The notes: generated from the letters alone by a model not told the origin. 64,000 nt of DNA from an uncultured Gemmatimonadota bacterium (GCA_964576115.1 CAZNUA010000006.1:62001-126000); one strand, 5' to 3'; positions 44,965 to 55,937 are shown, counted from the stretch's first letter. Numbers and translations: made by a program.

Positions 44965-45518
44965 ACGGCTCCGGCCTTGCAGATCGGTGCCAGGGTGTCG
45001 GCCAGGCGTGTCATGACACGATCGGGTTCTCGGGTTCGGACGACCAGGTTGTACAGCCGGTCACTGGCCCGGCTGGTATCGTTGACTCCCATGCGAAGCG
45101 GCACGTGGGTTCGTTCGAGCAACCAGGGAACGAAAGGATGCGAGGTCATACCGAGATCGATGGCGAGATCGTATTCCTGGGCCCGCAGCCGGTTCAGCAG
45201 GTCGCGGCGCGGTCGACCGAAAAGGGTGATATCCTCGAGCCCCACCCGCAGGATGCCGATGCCCTTGAATTGATCTGCGGAGACCGGAGCCTCCCCTCCC
45301 AGAAAAAGCAGATCGAGCTTCCAGTCGGGGAATTCGGCCTTGAATCCGAAAATCTGCGGTAGAAGGCGTTGCCGGGCGTCAGCTTCGAGAGGAAGCACAA
45401 GCACGACCCGAACGACGTCGTTGAGCGCGTCGCCCATACTCACAATAGGCCGACGGTCCCGCCGCAGGAATCCCAGGGCCAGGGAAATCCGTGAGAGTGT
45501 CCATTTCCATCCCTGCAT
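44961..45518 (-). CDS. Hypothetical protein resembling a single GT9 N-terminal Rossmann half (DUF6913-like)
   Basis: 'RLRAQEYDLAIDLG..A/V.LRMG' pattern; GTGA overlap with the GT9 gene. Confidence 0.6.
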   Translation of the reverse strand: MQGWKWTLSRISLALGFLRRDRRPIVSMGDALNDVVRVVLVLPLEADARQRLLPQIFGFKAEFPDWKLDLLFLGGEAPVSADQFKGIGILRVGLEDITLFGRPRRDLLNRLRAQEYDLAIDLGMTSHPFVPWLLERTHVPLRMGVNDTSRASDRLYNLVVRTREPDRVMTRLADTLAPICKAGAV

Positions 45519-45534
45519 GATCAGCGGGCCTCCT

Positions 45535-48500
45535 TCACCGGCCGTGACAGTGCTTGTACTTCTTTCCCGAACCGCAGGGACAGGGATCGTTGCGTCCCGG
45601 CTCCTTGGCTACGGTGACCGGACGTTTCTTGGACGGTCCGCCCGCAGCCGGCGCCGGCCCCTCCTGCCCGGGTACGGCTCCCAGGGCTTCGGACTGGGCC
45701 TTATCCTCTATCGTTCCCTTGAAGGCCATCCCTACCGCGTCGCGGTGCACGGTCTCCATGGCACCCCCACGGCGTTGCATCTCCTGGCGCTGCTGGTCGA
45801 TCTGGCCCTCGATCGCCGATGATTCGCGGAACAACAGCTGGAGAGTATCCCGGGTCAGGCTCGCAAGCATATCCATGAAGAGGTAGTAGGCTTCCTGCTT
45901 GTACTCGACCAGCGGATCTTTCTGACCGTAGGCTCGCAGACTGATCCCCTCTTTGAGACGATCCATCTCGTAGAGGTGATCCATCCACTTCTGATCGATA
46001 ACGCGCAGGATGGCATAGCGTTCGATACGAGCCGCCAGTTCCTCACCGAGGGTGTCCCGCTTGCGAGCCCATGCCTGCCGGACTCCTTCTGTTATCTGGA
46101 CTTCGAGATCTTCCTGCGAGATTGCAGTTCGATCCTCCTCGTCGATCCGCAGATCGATCAGACAGACCTCCATGAGATCGCGGTGCAGGCCATCCCAGTC
46201 CCACTCATCCTGGAATGTGTTTTCGTTGGTATGCCGACTGACCACGTCGCTGGAGAAATCGAGGATCAGCTCGTCGAGGTCTTCGGTCAGTGACTCCTCG
46301 TCCAGAGCGTTCGATCGCCTGGTATAGATGACCTCGCGCTGGGTATTCATCACGTCGTCGTACTCGAGCAGGCGCTTGCGGATCGAAAAGTTCTGGGCCT
46401 CGACCCGCTGCTGGGCCTTGCCGATGGCGTTGGTTACCATCGGGTGGGTGATGACCTCCCCTTCCTCCAGGCCCAGCCGGTCCATGACACCGGCTATCCG
46501 ATCGGAGCCGAACAGACGCATCAGATCGTCTTCGAGGGACAGGTAGAAGCGGCTCGAACCGGGATCTCCCTGCCGACCAGAACGCCCGCGCAACTGCCGG
46601 TCGATGCGGCGGGCTTCGTGCCGCTCGGTGCCCAGAATGTGCAGGCCGCCCAGGTCGACGACACCGGTACCGAGTTTGATGTCGGTGCCCCGCCCTGCCA
46701 TGTTGGTGGCGATCGTCACCGAACCCTGCTGGCCCGCCGAAGCCACGATCTCGGCTTCACGTTGGTGCTGTTTGGCGTTCAACACCTCATGCGGCACGCC
46801 GTTGCGCTTGAGCATGCGGCTGAGCATTTCCGAGATTTCCACGTTGGTGGTACCCACCAGCACGGGGCGCTGCGCCCGATAGAGCTCGGTGATCTCCTCG
46901 ATCACGGCATTGAACTTCTCCCGCTTGGTGCGGAAGATGACGTCATCCATGTCGTCCCGGATGACAGGCCGGTTGGTGGGAATCACCAGCACATCGAGCT
47001 TGTAAATGTCCCAGAACTCGCCGGCTTCGGTTTCGGCCGTGCCGGTCATGCCCGCAAGTTTGTCGTAGAGACGGAAGTAGTTCTGGATGGTGATGGTTGC
47101 CAGCGTCTGGGTTTCCTTCTCGATTTTGACGCCTTCCTTGGCTTCCAGCGCCTGATGGAGACCCTCGCTGAACCTCCGTCCCGGCATGAGTCGGCCGGTG
47201 AACTCGTCCACGATCAGGACCTGACCGTCCTGGACGACGTATTCGACATCCTTTTCGAAGAGCGCGTAAGCTTTGAGCAGCTGATGAATGTTGTGCAGTC
47301 GCTCGCTCTTGTCGGCATATTCGCGGTGCAGCTGTTCCCGTTCCAGTTCGGCCTTCTCGGCCGAGATCTCGCCCTGCTCGAGGCGGCCCTCGAGATCGCT
47401 CATGATCTCTGAGAGGTCGGGCAGCACGAAGAGATCGGGATCGTTGGGGCTGAGGTTCTGTCGCCCCCCCTCCTGCAGATCGACGGTATTGGCTTTCTCG
47501 TCGATGGTGTAAAGCAGGTCCTCGTCGAGCTCGTGCAGGCGCTTTTCGCGCAGAAAATCGTTCTCAACCCGCTCGATCAGTTTGATGACCCCGGTCTCTT
47601 TCTTCAGCTTCATCAACCGGTTGTGTTTGGGTGCCCCCCGCTGTACCTGGAGGAGCCTGATCCCGGCCCGGTACTCTTTCTCTGAATCCCCCTCGGCCTC
47701 GCCTTCGGCCATCAGCTTCTCGGCTTCGGAGAAGAGCGTGTTCACCAGCCGGACCTGATCCCGGTTCAGGGACTGGACCTTCGGCTTGTACTCGTCGAAC
47801 TTGTGTGTGGAGCGATCGACCGGCCCGGAGATGATGAGGGGCGTGCGGGCCTCGTCTACCAGGACCGAGTCGACCTCGTCGACAATGGCGTAGTGATGCT
47901 TGCGCTGAACGCGGTGTTCGGGAACAACCGCCATGTTGTCGCGCAGATAGTCGAATCCGAACTCGTTATTGGTGCCGTAGGTGATGTCGCAGTTATACGC
48001 CGCCCGCCGCTCCTCGGGCCGCATGTCATGCTGGATGATCCCGATCGAAAGCCCCAGCCACTCGTAGATCCCTCCCATCCACTCGGCGTCGCGTCTGGCC
48101 AGGTAATCGTTGACGGTGACCAGATGGGCTCCCTTGCCCTCAAGAGCGTTGAGGTACATGGGCATGGTCGCGACCAGGGTCTTCCCCTCACCGGTGGCCA
48201 TCTCGGCGATCTTGCCGCTGTGCAGGGATATGGCCCCGGTGAGTTGGACATCATAGGGGATCATGTCCCATTCTTTGGCCGCCCCGGTAACCGGCCACGA
48301 ATCACCCATACGGCGCCGACAGGCCTCTTTGACCACGGCAAAGGCCTCGGGCAGGATCTCGTCGGTCGTCTCACCGGCTGCAAGGCGCTCGCGGAATTCA
48401 TCGCTCTTGGCCTGCAGGTCCTCGTCGGCGAGGTCGGCGTACTCTTCCACGCAGGCATTGATCTGATCCACGATCGGCTGGAGCTTGCGAATATCGCGCT

Positions 48501-48543
48501 CGTGCCGGGTACCGAAGATCTTCGTGATCAGACTGGTGAACAT
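45535..48543 (-). CDS. secA: Preprotein translocase subunit SecA
   Basis: 'EMATGEGKT', 'VDEVDS', 'ATNMAGRGTDI', 'QLRGRSGRQG', C-terminal 'GRNDPCPCGSGKKYKHCHG'; ATG 48543. Confidence 0.99.
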   Translation of the reverse strand: MFTSLITKIFGTRHERDIRKLQPIVDQINACVEEYADLADEDLQAKSDEFRERLAAGETTDEILPEAFAVVKEACRRRMGDSWPVTGAAKEWDMIPYDVQLTGAISLHSGKIAEMATGEGKTLVATMPMYLNALEGKGAHLVTVNDYLARRDAEWMGGIYEWLGLSIGIIQHDMRPEERRAAYNCDITYGTNNEFGFDYLRDNMAVVPEHRVQRKHHYAIVDEVDSVLVDEARTPLIISGPVDRSTHKFDEYKPKVQSLNRDQVRLVNTLFSEAEKLMAEGEAEGDSEKEYRAGIRLLQVQRGAPKHNRLMKLKKETGVIKLIERVENDFLREKRLHELDEDLLYTIDEKANTVDLQEGGRQNLSPNDPDLFVLPDLSEIMSDLEGRLEQGEISAEKAELEREQLHREYADKSERLHNIHQLLKAYALFEKDVEYVVQDGQVLIVDEFTGRLMPGRRFSEGLHQALEAKEGVKIEKETQTLATITIQNYFRLYDKLAGMTGTAETEAGEFWDIYKLDVLVIPTNRPVIRDDMDDVIFRTKREKFNAVIEEITELYRAQRPVLVGTTNVEISEMLSRMLKRNGVPHEVLNAKQHQREAEIVASAGQQGSVTIATNMAGRGTDIKLGTGVVDLGGLHILGTERHEARRIDRQLRGRSGRQGDPGSSRFYLSLEDDLMRLFGSDRIAGVMDRLGLEEGEVITHPMVTNAIGKAQQRVEAQNFSIRKRLLEYDDVMNTQREVIYTRRSNALDEESLTEDLDELILDFSSDVVSRHTNENTFQDEWDWDGLHRDLMEVCLIDLRIDEEDRTAISQEDLEVQITEGVRQAWARKRDTLGEELAARIERYAILRVIDQKWMDHLYEMDRLKEGISLRAYGQKDPLVEYKQEAYYLFMDMLASLTRDTLQLLFRESSAIEGQIDQQRQEMQRRGGAMETVHRDAVGMAFKGTIEDKAQSEALGAVPGQEGPAPAAGGPSKKRPVTVAKEPGRNDPCPCGSGKKYKHCHGR

Positions 48544-48571
48544 ACCAGTTCGTCCTCTCCTTCGTTCGTTC

Positions 48572-49294
48572 TCAGTACCCGACCAGAAGCCGGTCGCCCA
48601 GTTCGCGCGGCAGCTCGGCCGCGAGGATTGCCTCGCGGGCTGCGGCGACGTCGTATTCTGTGCGCTGCGGAGTGAAGATCCACTCCTCGGTATCGAGTAT
48701 CGCCCAGGCGGCACGCGGATCGCCGTCTCTTGGTTGTCCAACGCTCCCCGGATTCAGGACGGCCCGCCGCTGCCCGAGCTGGACCGGCGTGCCGGGATCG
48801 AGATCCACGGTCGGGCTCTTGAACCGGAAGCAGGCCTGGATATGACTGTGCCCGATTACGACGACCCGCTCCTCGACTGCCTCCAGGGCCGCATCCGCCT
48901 GCCGACGTTCCAGGATATAGAGCCAGGCCTCGGGCAGGATGGGATGTCCGTGGACGATCAGCACGTCGCCCTCAATGGCTTTGAGCGGCAGCTCGCCGAG
49001 CCAGGCGATTTCCTCCGGGCTGAGCCTGTCTGCCGTCCAGTTCAGGGCGGTACGTGCCCGGGGATTGAAGCTGAAGGCCGAGGTAGTACCGGCGGTGAAA
49101 TGATCGTGATTGCCACGTACGACGGGGTCGCAGTTGTCCTGTACCCAATGCAGGCATTCGGAAGGAAAGGCGCCGTATCCGACGATGTCGCCGGTGCAGA
49201 TGATCCGGTCGACCTGTTCGCCGGAGAGGCATCCGATGACCGCCTCCAGGGCGTGCCAGTTGCCGTGGATATCGCCGAGCAGAGCGAACTTCAT
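48572..49294 (-). CDS. Calcineurin-like metallophosphoesterase
   Basis: 'GDIHGN', 'GDIVGYG', 'GNHD', 'GHSH', 'NPGSVGQPRDGDPRA'. Confidence 0.93.
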   Translation of the reverse strand: MKFALLGDIHGNWHALEAVIGCLSGEQVDRIICTGDIVGYGAFPSECLHWVQDNCDPVVRGNHDHFTAGTTSAFSFNPRARTALNWTADRLSPEEIAWLGELPLKAIEGDVLIVHGHPILPEAWLYILERRQADAALEAVEERVVVIGHSHIQACFRFKSPTVDLDPGTPVQLGQRRAVLNPGSVGQPRDGDPRAAWAILDTEEWIFTPQRTEYDVAAAREAILAAELPRELGDRLLVGY

Positions 49295-49713
49295 GGTTTT
49301 TCCGGTTGCCTCTCCCTGTAAACGCTGTCGAGGATGCCGTTGACGAACCGTTTGGCATCGAACGACGAGTATTTTTTCGTCAGCTCGATCGCTTCATTGA
49401 TGCACACCTTCCCCGGTATGTCGGGGAAGTGGAGAATCTCGCCGAGCCCGATCCTCAGAATGATCTTGTCGATCAGGGCAATCCTGTCCAGCTCCCAGTT
49501 GACAGCCCGTTCGGCGATGATGCGATCGAGTTCGGTCTGTTCGACCACGATTTTTCTGACGAGACGACGCACAAAATCGTCGTGCTCGGCATCCTCACCG
49601 GACGCATCTGAGGCCAGCTGATCGTTGAGGATATCCTCGATCGGTTCTCCGCTGACAGCGGCCGCATAGAGAACGCGCAGGACGACCTCTCTGCCCCGAC
49701 GACGCTGACCCAT
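49291..49713 (-). CDS. nusB: Transcription antitermination factor NusB
   Basis: 'RRRGRE', 'NWELDRI', 'INEAIEL.KKY', 'FVNGILD'. Confidence 0.97.
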   Translation of the reverse strand: MGQRRRGREVVLRVLYAAAVSGEPIEDILNDQLASDASGEDAEHDDFVRRLVRKIVVEQTELDRIIAERAVNWELDRIALIDKIILRIGLGEILHFPDIPGKVCINEAIELTKKYSSFDAKRFVNGILDSVYRERQPEKP

Positions 49714-49734
49714 GTCTAGTGACCTGCCATGGTG

Positions 49735-50241
49735 CTAGGGCCCTTTTTCCAGACGATCGAGCAGATCGATCATCTCCAGGCAGGCCCGGGCCGCTTCGCG
49801 GCCTCGATGACGGTCTTGACTCTCCTTGTCTGTTCCGGGATCGGGATCGAGACCGGCCCGGATGCGGGCCTGGGCGGGGGTGTCGACGGTGAGAATGCCG
49901 ATTGCAACCGGCACCCCTTCCCGCCGACTCACGTCCATGAGACCCGCGATCGCCTCCCGGCTCACATGTTCGAAATGAGCGGTTTCTCCTCGTATCACGC
50001 ACCCCAGCGCGATGATTCCGTCGAACTCCCCCCGGGCGGCTACCCGGGCGGCTGCCAGCGGCAGCTCGAGCGCACCAGGAACCCATACCACAGTAACGTC
50101 GTCATCTGCGACACCTTCTGTCTGTAGAACCTCCCGGGCACCGTCGAGAAGCCCCGTGACGATCTCGCGGTTGAATCGGCTCGCCACGATACTCAGGCAC
50201 CTTCCGCCCCCCCCTGTTCGTCCCTCGACGATCGAACTCAT
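49735..50241 (-). CDS. ribH: 6,7-dimethyl-8-ribityllumazine synthase
   Basis: 'SRFN', 'VPGALELP', '[15 protein letters not shown]'. Confidence 0.96.
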   Translation of the reverse strand: MSSIVEGRTGGGGRCLSIVASRFNREIVTGLLDGAREVLQTEGVADDDVTVVWVPGALELPLAAARVAARGEFDGIIALGCVIRGETAHFEHVSREAIAGLMDVSRREGVPVAIGILTVDTPAQARIRAGLDPDPGTDKESQDRHRGREAARACLEMIDLLDRLEKGP

Positions 50242-51542
50242 TCTTTCGGCTCCTGCGTCGCGTTCTCGATGGCCAGCAGGTGTCCCAGTTTGTCCTTCTT
50301 GGTCTGCAGATAGCGGGCGTTGACCTCGTTCGGTTCGATCTGAATCGGAATTCGTTCGGTGACCGTCAGACCGTGACCCTCCAGGCCGACGATTTTGCGG
50401 GGATTGTTGGTCATCAGCCTGATCTGCCTGACGCCCAGATCGAAGAGGATCTGCGCCCCGACCCCGTAATCACGCAGATCGGCCTCGAACCCGAGTTCTT
50501 CGTTGGCCTCGACCGTATCCCGCCCCTGATCCTGTAGAGCGTAGGCCCTGATTTTGTTTGCCAGACCGATGCCGCGCCCCTCCTGACGCATGTAGAGCAG
50601 AACCCCTTTACCCTCGGATTCGATCATATCGAGGGCGGCTTCGAGCTGGTCGCCGCAATCACAACGCAGACTGTGCAGCAGGTCTCCGGTCAGACACTGG
50701 CTGTGAACCCGCGCCAGGACCGGTTCTGAGCCGCTGACATCACCCTTGACGATAGCCATGTGGTGGTGATCATCGACACGGCTGGCATAGAGATGGAGCC
50801 GGAAGTGTCCGAAGCGGGTCGGAAAATCGACTTCGGCCACCCGACTCACAAGCAGTTCCACCTGCCGCCGATAGGCAATGAGATCCTGGATGGTTATCAG
50901 GCGCAGGCCGTGACTGTCCGCCATCCGGCGCAGTTCTGGCACCCGGGCCATGGTGCCGTCTTCGCTCATGATCTCGCAGAGCACGCCGGCCGGCATCAAA
51001 CCCGCCATGCGGGCCAGGTCCACGGTCGCTTCGGTATGACCGGCGCGGGTCAGAACCCCGCCCCTTTCAGCCCGCAGCGGAAAGATGTGACCCGGACGGC
51101 CCAGATCGGAGGGCCGGGTATCGTGATGGATGAGGACTTTGATCGTCTGAGCCCGATCGTGGGCGCTGATCCCGGTCGTGGTACCTTCATGGGCGTCGAC
51201 CGAAACCGTGAAAGCCGTTCCCAGCCGGGCGGTGTTCTCCTGCACCATTGGTTTCAGATCGAGAGCTTCGAGCCGGTCGGGCATGAGCGGTACGCAGATC
51301 AAGCCGCGGCCGTGGGTGGCCATGAAGTTGACCGCTTCGGGGGTCACCCGCTCGGCGGCCATGATCAGATCGCCTTCGTTCTCGCGATCCTCGTCGTCCA
51401 CCACGATGATCATCCGCCCGGCTCTGATATCGCTGATGGCGTCTTCGATGGAATCGAATCCAGGGCTCGGTCCGGTATAACCGGGTCGGGGGGAGTGGCC
51501 CTCACCGCCCGGTTGCTGTGGTGTTGCTGCCTCGGTTGTCAT
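50238..51542 (-). CDS. ribBA: Bifunctional DHBP synthase / GTP cyclohydrolase II
   Basis: '[10 protein letters not shown]', 'RAGHTEA', '[17 protein letters not shown]', 'QEGRGIG', 'TNNPRK'. Confidence 0.98.
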   Translation of the reverse strand: MTTEAATPQQPGGEGHSPRPGYTGPSPGFDSIEDAISDIRAGRMIIVVDDEDRENEGDLIMAAERVTPEAVNFMATHGRGLICVPLMPDRLEALDLKPMVQENTARLGTAFTVSVDAHEGTTTGISAHDRAQTIKVLIHHDTRPSDLGRPGHIFPLRAERGGVLTRAGHTEATVDLARMAGLMPAGVLCEIMSEDGTMARVPELRRMADSHGLRLITIQDLIAYRRQVELLVSRVAEVDFPTRFGHFRLHLYASRVDDHHHMAIVKGDVSGSEPVLARVHSQCLTGDLLHSLRCDCGDQLEAALDMIESEGKGVLLYMRQEGRGIGLANKIRAYALQDQGRDTVEANEELGFEADLRDYGVGAQILFDLGVRQIRLMTNNPRKIVGLEGHGLTVTERIPIQIEPNEVNARYLQTKKDKLGHLLAIENATQEPKE

Positions 51543-51563
51543 TGCTTTCCTCTCCCGGACTTC

Positions 51564-52223
51564 TCAGGCTTCTCTCCCGCCGGCCCCGGCAGCTTCGCGC
51601 AGGGCTTCGAGATAGGGTTCGATGAGTTCGGTCACGTACTTGGCGATCATGTCGGCTTCCAGGTTGACCCGACCTCCGACCGTCAGAGTTCCCAGGGTCG
51701 TCACCTCGAGGGTGTGCGGTATCAGGGCCACGCTGATGGCGTCGGGGGCGACATCGACGACAGTCAGACTGACTCCCGCGATCGTGATCGAGCCCTTCGG
51801 CACAAGAAAACGTCTCAAACCGGGCGGGATCGAATACCAGTGTATCACTTCATCTTCGTCCGGCTGCCGGGCGTCGTACCCGTCGGGGGGGCCGGACAGA
51901 CGCTCTCCGACACCGTCGACATGACCGGACACCAGATGCCCCCCCAGACCATCCTGCAGAGACAGGGCTGTTTCAAGGTTGACGCCGTCCCGTTCCCGCA
52001 GATCCCCCAGGGTGGTCAGGCGCAGGGTTTCGGGGATGGCCTCGACGCTGAAGGATCGTCCATCGCACTCGATCACGGTCAGACAGACCCCCGATGTCGA
52101 GACCGAATCGCCGACCTCGAGCCGGGAGGCGACGGCAGATTCGGAGATGGTGAAACGGACCGCCTGCGATCCCTCGACGATCTCCGTCACGGTTCCGACG
52201 GCTTCTACGATACCGCTGAACAT
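51564..52223 (-). CDS. ribE: Riboflavin synthase (alpha type)
   Basis: 'MFSGIVE', 'GVCLTV', 'GGHLVSGHVDG', 'GVSLTV', 'IPHT'. Confidence 0.97.
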   Translation of the reverse strand: MFSGIVEAVGTVTEIVEGSQAVRFTISESAVASRLEVGDSVSTSGVCLTVIECDGRSFSVEAIPETLRLTTLGDLRERDGVNLETALSLQDGLGGHLVSGHVDGVGERLSGPPDGYDARQPDEDEVIHWYSIPPGLRRFLVPKGSITIAGVSLTVVDVAPDAISVALIPHTLEVTTLGTLTVGGRVNLEADMIAKYVTELIEPYLEALREAAGAGGREA

Positions 52224-53386
52224 GGTTTCTCCTTCTCCTCCTGCGTTCCGGTGTCGATCTCGTCCTCAGCCGGCACGGCCCGCACCAGAAGGTCAATGCC
52301 GAGTTCTTCGGCGTGAATCGGACCAAGGCGCAACGGCGGGTCGAAGGCCGACTCTATCATCCCTCCCCCCTCCCCGATCACGGCGGGTGAAATGACGATC
52401 TCCCAGAAATCAATCAGGTCCCGGGCTGACCAGTCAGCCATGATCCGTCCCCCTCCTTCGAGGATGACGCCGTCGATTCCCGAAGCGTTGAGGGCCTCGA
52501 GTCCCGCCCGGGGGTCGGGCGTGCCCGTTCCGTTCGCCTGTACGCCAAAAACTCGGGCGCCCGCCTTCTGCAGCTCTTCGGCGGCGGGGCTGCGACTCAT
52601 GTCTGTCGCGGTGACGATGACGATATCGCCCCCCGGTTCACCGAATATCCGGGCCGTCGGCGGGGTGCGCAGACGACCGTCCACAATCACCCGCTGCGGT
52701 TGTCTCTCGTACAGGCTGTCGTCGGTCCGGCGGGCCGACAGGCGGGGATCGTCGCTGAGCATCGTACCGCTGCCCACCACCACCGCATTGACCTCCGAGC
52801 GCCTCCGGCCGACCCAGGCCAACGCCTCGCGGCCCGACACGGCCAGGGGTGTACGCCCCGGCCCCATGGTGCGTCCGTCGAGAGTTCGGGCGGTCTTGGC
52901 GATCACCAGCGGCCGTCTCTGCGACGCGGCCAGAACGTGACGCCGGTTCATCGTCAGAGCGTCCTCACAAGCGATTCCGACCTCGACCTCGAGGCCGGCG
53001 AACATCAAGCGGTCGATGCCCTTCCCGCAGACGCGGTGGTTGGGATCTTCTGAGGCGATAACCACCCGCTGCACTCCGGCGTCGATGATGGCCTCGGTAC
53101 AGGGAGGAGTACGACCGTGGTGATTGCACGGTTCGAGGGTGACGTACATGGTCGCATGCCGGGCTCTCCACGCGGCCGCCTCGAGCGCGACGACCTCGGC
53201 ATGGGCAGCTCCCGGGCGGAGATGGTACCCCTCGCCGACAATCTCATCGCCGGCCACCACCACGGCCCCGACGGCAGGATTGGGTGGAGTGGTCCAGTAG
53301 CCTCGCCGGGCGAGCTCGAGGGCCCGCCGCATATATCGGAGATCGCGCTCCGGATCCATTCCTGCCGAAGAGCTTCTGGAATCCAT
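52205..53386 (-). CDS. ribD: Bifunctional riboflavin deaminase/reductase (start 53386 or 53359)
   Basis: 'PNPAVG', 'HAE', 'TLEPCNHHGRTPPC', 'TLDG', 'DDPRL', 'EGGG'. Confidence 0.95.
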   Translation of the reverse strand: MDSRSSSAGMDPERDLRYMRRALELARRGYWTTPPNPAVGAVVVAGDEIVGEGYHLRPGAAHAEVVALEAAAWRARHATMYVTLEPCNHHGRTPPCTEAIIDAGVQRVVIASEDPNHRVCGKGIDRLMFAGLEVEVGIACEDALTMNRRHVLAASQRRPLVIAKTARTLDGRTMGPGRTPLAVSGREALAWVGRRRSEVNAVVVGSGTMLSDDPRLSARRTDDSLYERQPQRVIVDGRLRTPPTARIFGEPGGDIVIVTATDMSRSPAAEELQKAGARVFGVQANGTGTPDPRAGLEALNASGIDGVILEGGGRIMADWSARDLIDFWEIVISPAVIGEGGGMIESAFDPPLRLGPIHAEELGIDLLVRAVPAEDEIDTGTQEEKEKPCSAVS

Positions 53387-53394
53387 AGTTAAGA

Positions 53395-53423
53395 AAGATG
53401 TGCAATTCACCCGGTTGTTACAA
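53395..53423 (-). promoter_or_regulatory. Putative rib operon promoter (TTGTAA-N17-CATCTT)
   Basis: 17-nt spacer in an AT-rich patch; the -10 ends 8 nt before ATG 53386. Confidence 0.4.
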
Positions 53424-53461
53424 GCGGCATGACCGACGCCCGAATACCGGACCCGGCCTCC

Positions 53462-54691
53462 TTACTCGTAGCGCAGAGCCTCGACCGGATCGAGACGGGC
53501 CGCCTTGGCCGCCGGATAGATACCGAAGCCGACTCCTATGCCTCCGCAGATGACCAGGGCCAGGATCAGCATTCCGAGCGGCACGGACGAAGGCAGTGGC
53601 GTTACCGCCCCCACGACGACACCGATCAGCACGCCCAGAGCTGCGCCGATTATCCCGCCGATACCGCTCAGGGCAACCGCTTCGGTCAGGAACTGAAAAA
53701 CGATATCGCCTCGCCGGGCGCCGACCGCCATGCGGATACCGATTTCGCGGGTTCGTTCGGTAACCGAGACGAGCATGATATTCATGATCCCGATTCCCCC
53801 CACCAGCAGGCTGATACTGGCGATCCCTACCATCACCAGGCTGATTCCCAGAATCAGGGAACCCATCATGTCGCGGATCGAATCCGACGTCATGATTTCG
53901 AAGTCGTTCGGCCGGCCCGGCAGGACACCGCGTTCGCGGCGCAGGACCGATACCGTTTCATCGATCGCCTGGGGCTGGCGTCCTTCGCGGGCCTTGATGG
54001 TGAAAGCCAGCTCGCTCCGCCGCCCCCAGTATTTACGGAAGGTCGTGACCGGAATGAGCACCATGTTGTCCTGGCTGAAACCGAGAAACTCGCCCTGCTT
54101 CTCCAGCGTGCCGATGACCAGGAAACGGTGCCCGTCGATGCGGATTTCCCGTCCCAGGGGATCGATCCGGGTAAAAAACTGCTCGACCAGATCCTGCCCC
54201 AGGATCACGACATTGCGGCGCTGCTGCACGTCGATCCGACTCAGGTAGCGGCCGGTTTCGAGATCGAGACCCTGCAATCGGGGCAGGTATTCATCCCCCC
54301 CCTGCAGCAGCACGTTGGGATTGGTTTTCTCCCCCCGGTAACGCAGTTCGGCTCCGAAACGGGTGGAATATGCCGAGATCACCTCCACCGACGGCGCATC
54401 GCGCTCTATCGCAGCCTGCAGATCCAGGGTGAGGTCCTCCCAGTCGGGTACATTCGAGTGACCGCCGATCTGCACCTCGACGCTGGGACGGGCCTGGACG
54501 TGGAAGGTCTCGGTTCCCAGATCGCTCAGCTCGGCGGTTACATACCGGTCAAGCCCTTCGATCATGCTGCTCATTCCCACCACCGCCAGAACCCCGATAA
54601 TGATCCCGAGACTGGTCAGCAGAGTTCGCAGCGGGCTGGCCAGCAGCGAGGTGAAGGCGATCCGTCCCGTTTCCCTGATCTCGACCGGCAT
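53462..54691 (-). CDS. ABC transporter permease, MacB/FtsX family
   Basis: '[13 protein letters not shown]', '[23 protein letters not shown]', '[17 protein letters not shown]'. Confidence 0.95.
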   Translation of the reverse strand: MPVEIRETGRIAFTSLLASPLRTLLTSLGIIIGVLAVVGMSSMIEGLDRYVTAELSDLGTETFHVQARPSVEVQIGGHSNVPDWEDLTLDLQAAIERDAPSVEVISAYSTRFGAELRYRGEKTNPNVLLQGGDEYLPRLQGLDLETGRYLSRIDVQQRRNVVILGQDLVEQFFTRIDPLGREIRIDGHRFLVIGTLEKQGEFLGFSQDNMVLIPVTTFRKYWGRRSELAFTIKAREGRQPQAIDETVSVLRRERGVLPGRPNDFEIMTSDSIRDMMGSLILGISLVMVGIASISLLVGGIGIMNIMLVSVTERTREIGIRMAVGARRGDIVFQFLTEAVALSGIGGIIGAALGVLIGVVVGAVTPLPSSVPLGMLILALVICGGIGVGFGIYPAAKAARLDPVEALRYE

Positions 54692-54701
54692 CGTTCCCCC
54701 C

Positions 54702-55937
54702 CTACTCGTACCGCAGGGCCTCGATCGGATCGAGGCCGGCCGCTTTGGCCGCCGGGTAGATGCCGAAAAAGAGACCCACCGAGGCACTGAAGGCCAATCC
54801 CAGCACCACTGCCCAGATCGGGGCCGCAGCAGGCAGCGAGCTGAGGTGGGAGACGGCGAAAGCGGTAAAGAGACCCAGTCCCATTCCGATGACACCGCCC
54901 ACCCCGCTGACCACCACGCTCTCGACCATGAACTGGTACATGATATCCCGCCGCCGGGCGCCGACGCTCTTGCGGATGCCGATCTCCCGGGTTCGTTCGG
55001 TGACCGAAACGAGCATGATGTTCATGATGCCGATCCCGCCCACCAGCAGGCTGAGACTGGCCACTCCAATCAGGACCGCGAACAGAGCTGCAGTCAGACT
55101 GCGGAACAGGTCGACCAGCATCTCCTGGCGGTTGATCGCAAAGTCGTTTTCCTCATCGGGCGCCAGAGACCGAACGCGTCGCATGACACCGGTGATCTCG
55201 TCTTCCACCAGGGGAATCGCCTCGGCCGAGGGGGCCAGTATCTCGATTCCCATCGAGCGTCGCGATCCGAAGAGTTTGAGAACGGTCGGCATCGGCACCA
55301 CACAGCGGGTATCCCGGTCCATCCCCATGAAACTTCCCTCTTCGGGCAGGACTCCGATCACGGTGAACGCGTGCCGCCCCACCCGGACGCGCTTGCCGAG
55401 CGGATCGCGCTCGTTGAAGAGATCCTGCCAGACCCCGTAGCCCAGAACGATGACCTGCTTGCGGTCGCGGGCTTCGATCTCGGTGAAGAAGCGGCCGCGG
55501 GTCGGATCGAGTCCGTGCACCAGCCTCCCCTCGGGGGTCAGACCCTGGATCTCGACACCCGTGGCCGTGCGCTCGGACCATTTCACGGTCGTGGTGGCAC
55601 CGGCCGAGATTGTAGACGCGGCGGGTAGTTCGAGCCCGGCGACGAGTTCCTCCGCCTGCCGCAGGGTGATGTTCTTGCGGTTCCGGTACCGCCAGAAATC
55701 CCCCATGCTGACCCAGGAAAACTTGTTCACGTACAGCACGTTGGTTCCCAGCGAGGCGACTTCGCGTTCGAAGGTGCGGGTGAGCCCCTGAATGAGACTC
55801 ATGATGGCGATCACGGCGGTGACCCCGACCACGATACCAAGGGTGGTCAGTACGGTCCGCAGCGGGCTTGCGCGCAGGGCCCGCAGGGCGACCAGAACAC
55901 CCTCATGCAGCTCTATGAAGATTCGGGATGCTCTCAC
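54702..55937 (-). CDS. ABC transporter permease, MacB/FtsX family (paralog)
   Basis: '[13 protein letters not shown]', '[21 protein letters not shown]', '[10 protein letters not shown]'. Confidence 0.95.
   Translation of the reverse strand: MRASRIFIELHEGVLVALRALRASPLRTVLTTLGIVVGVTAVIAIMSLIQGLTRTFEREVASLGTNVLYVNKFSWVSMGDFWRYRNRKNITLRQAEELVAGLELPAASTISAGATTTVKWSERTATGVEIQGLTPEGRLVHGLDPTRGRFFTEIEARDRKQVIVLGYGVWQDLFNERDPLGKRVRVGRHAFTVIGVLPEEGSFMGMDRDTRCVVPMPTVLKLFGSRRSMGIEILAPSAEAIPLVEDEITGVMRRVRSLAPDEENDFAINRQEMLVDLFRSLTAALFAVLIGVASLSLLVGGIGIMNIMLVSVTERTREIGIRKSVGARRRDIMYQFMVESVVVSGVGGVIGMGLGLFTAFAVSHLSSLPAAAPIWAVVLGLAFSASVGLFFGIYPAAKAAGLDPIEALRYE

Noticed and set aside
53462-55110. DNA repeats between the two permease genes
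   Set aside because: Explained by conserved MacB C-terminal motifs in paralogs; differences are mostly synonymous, with no adenine-specific pattern and no reverse transcriptase, so not a DGR.
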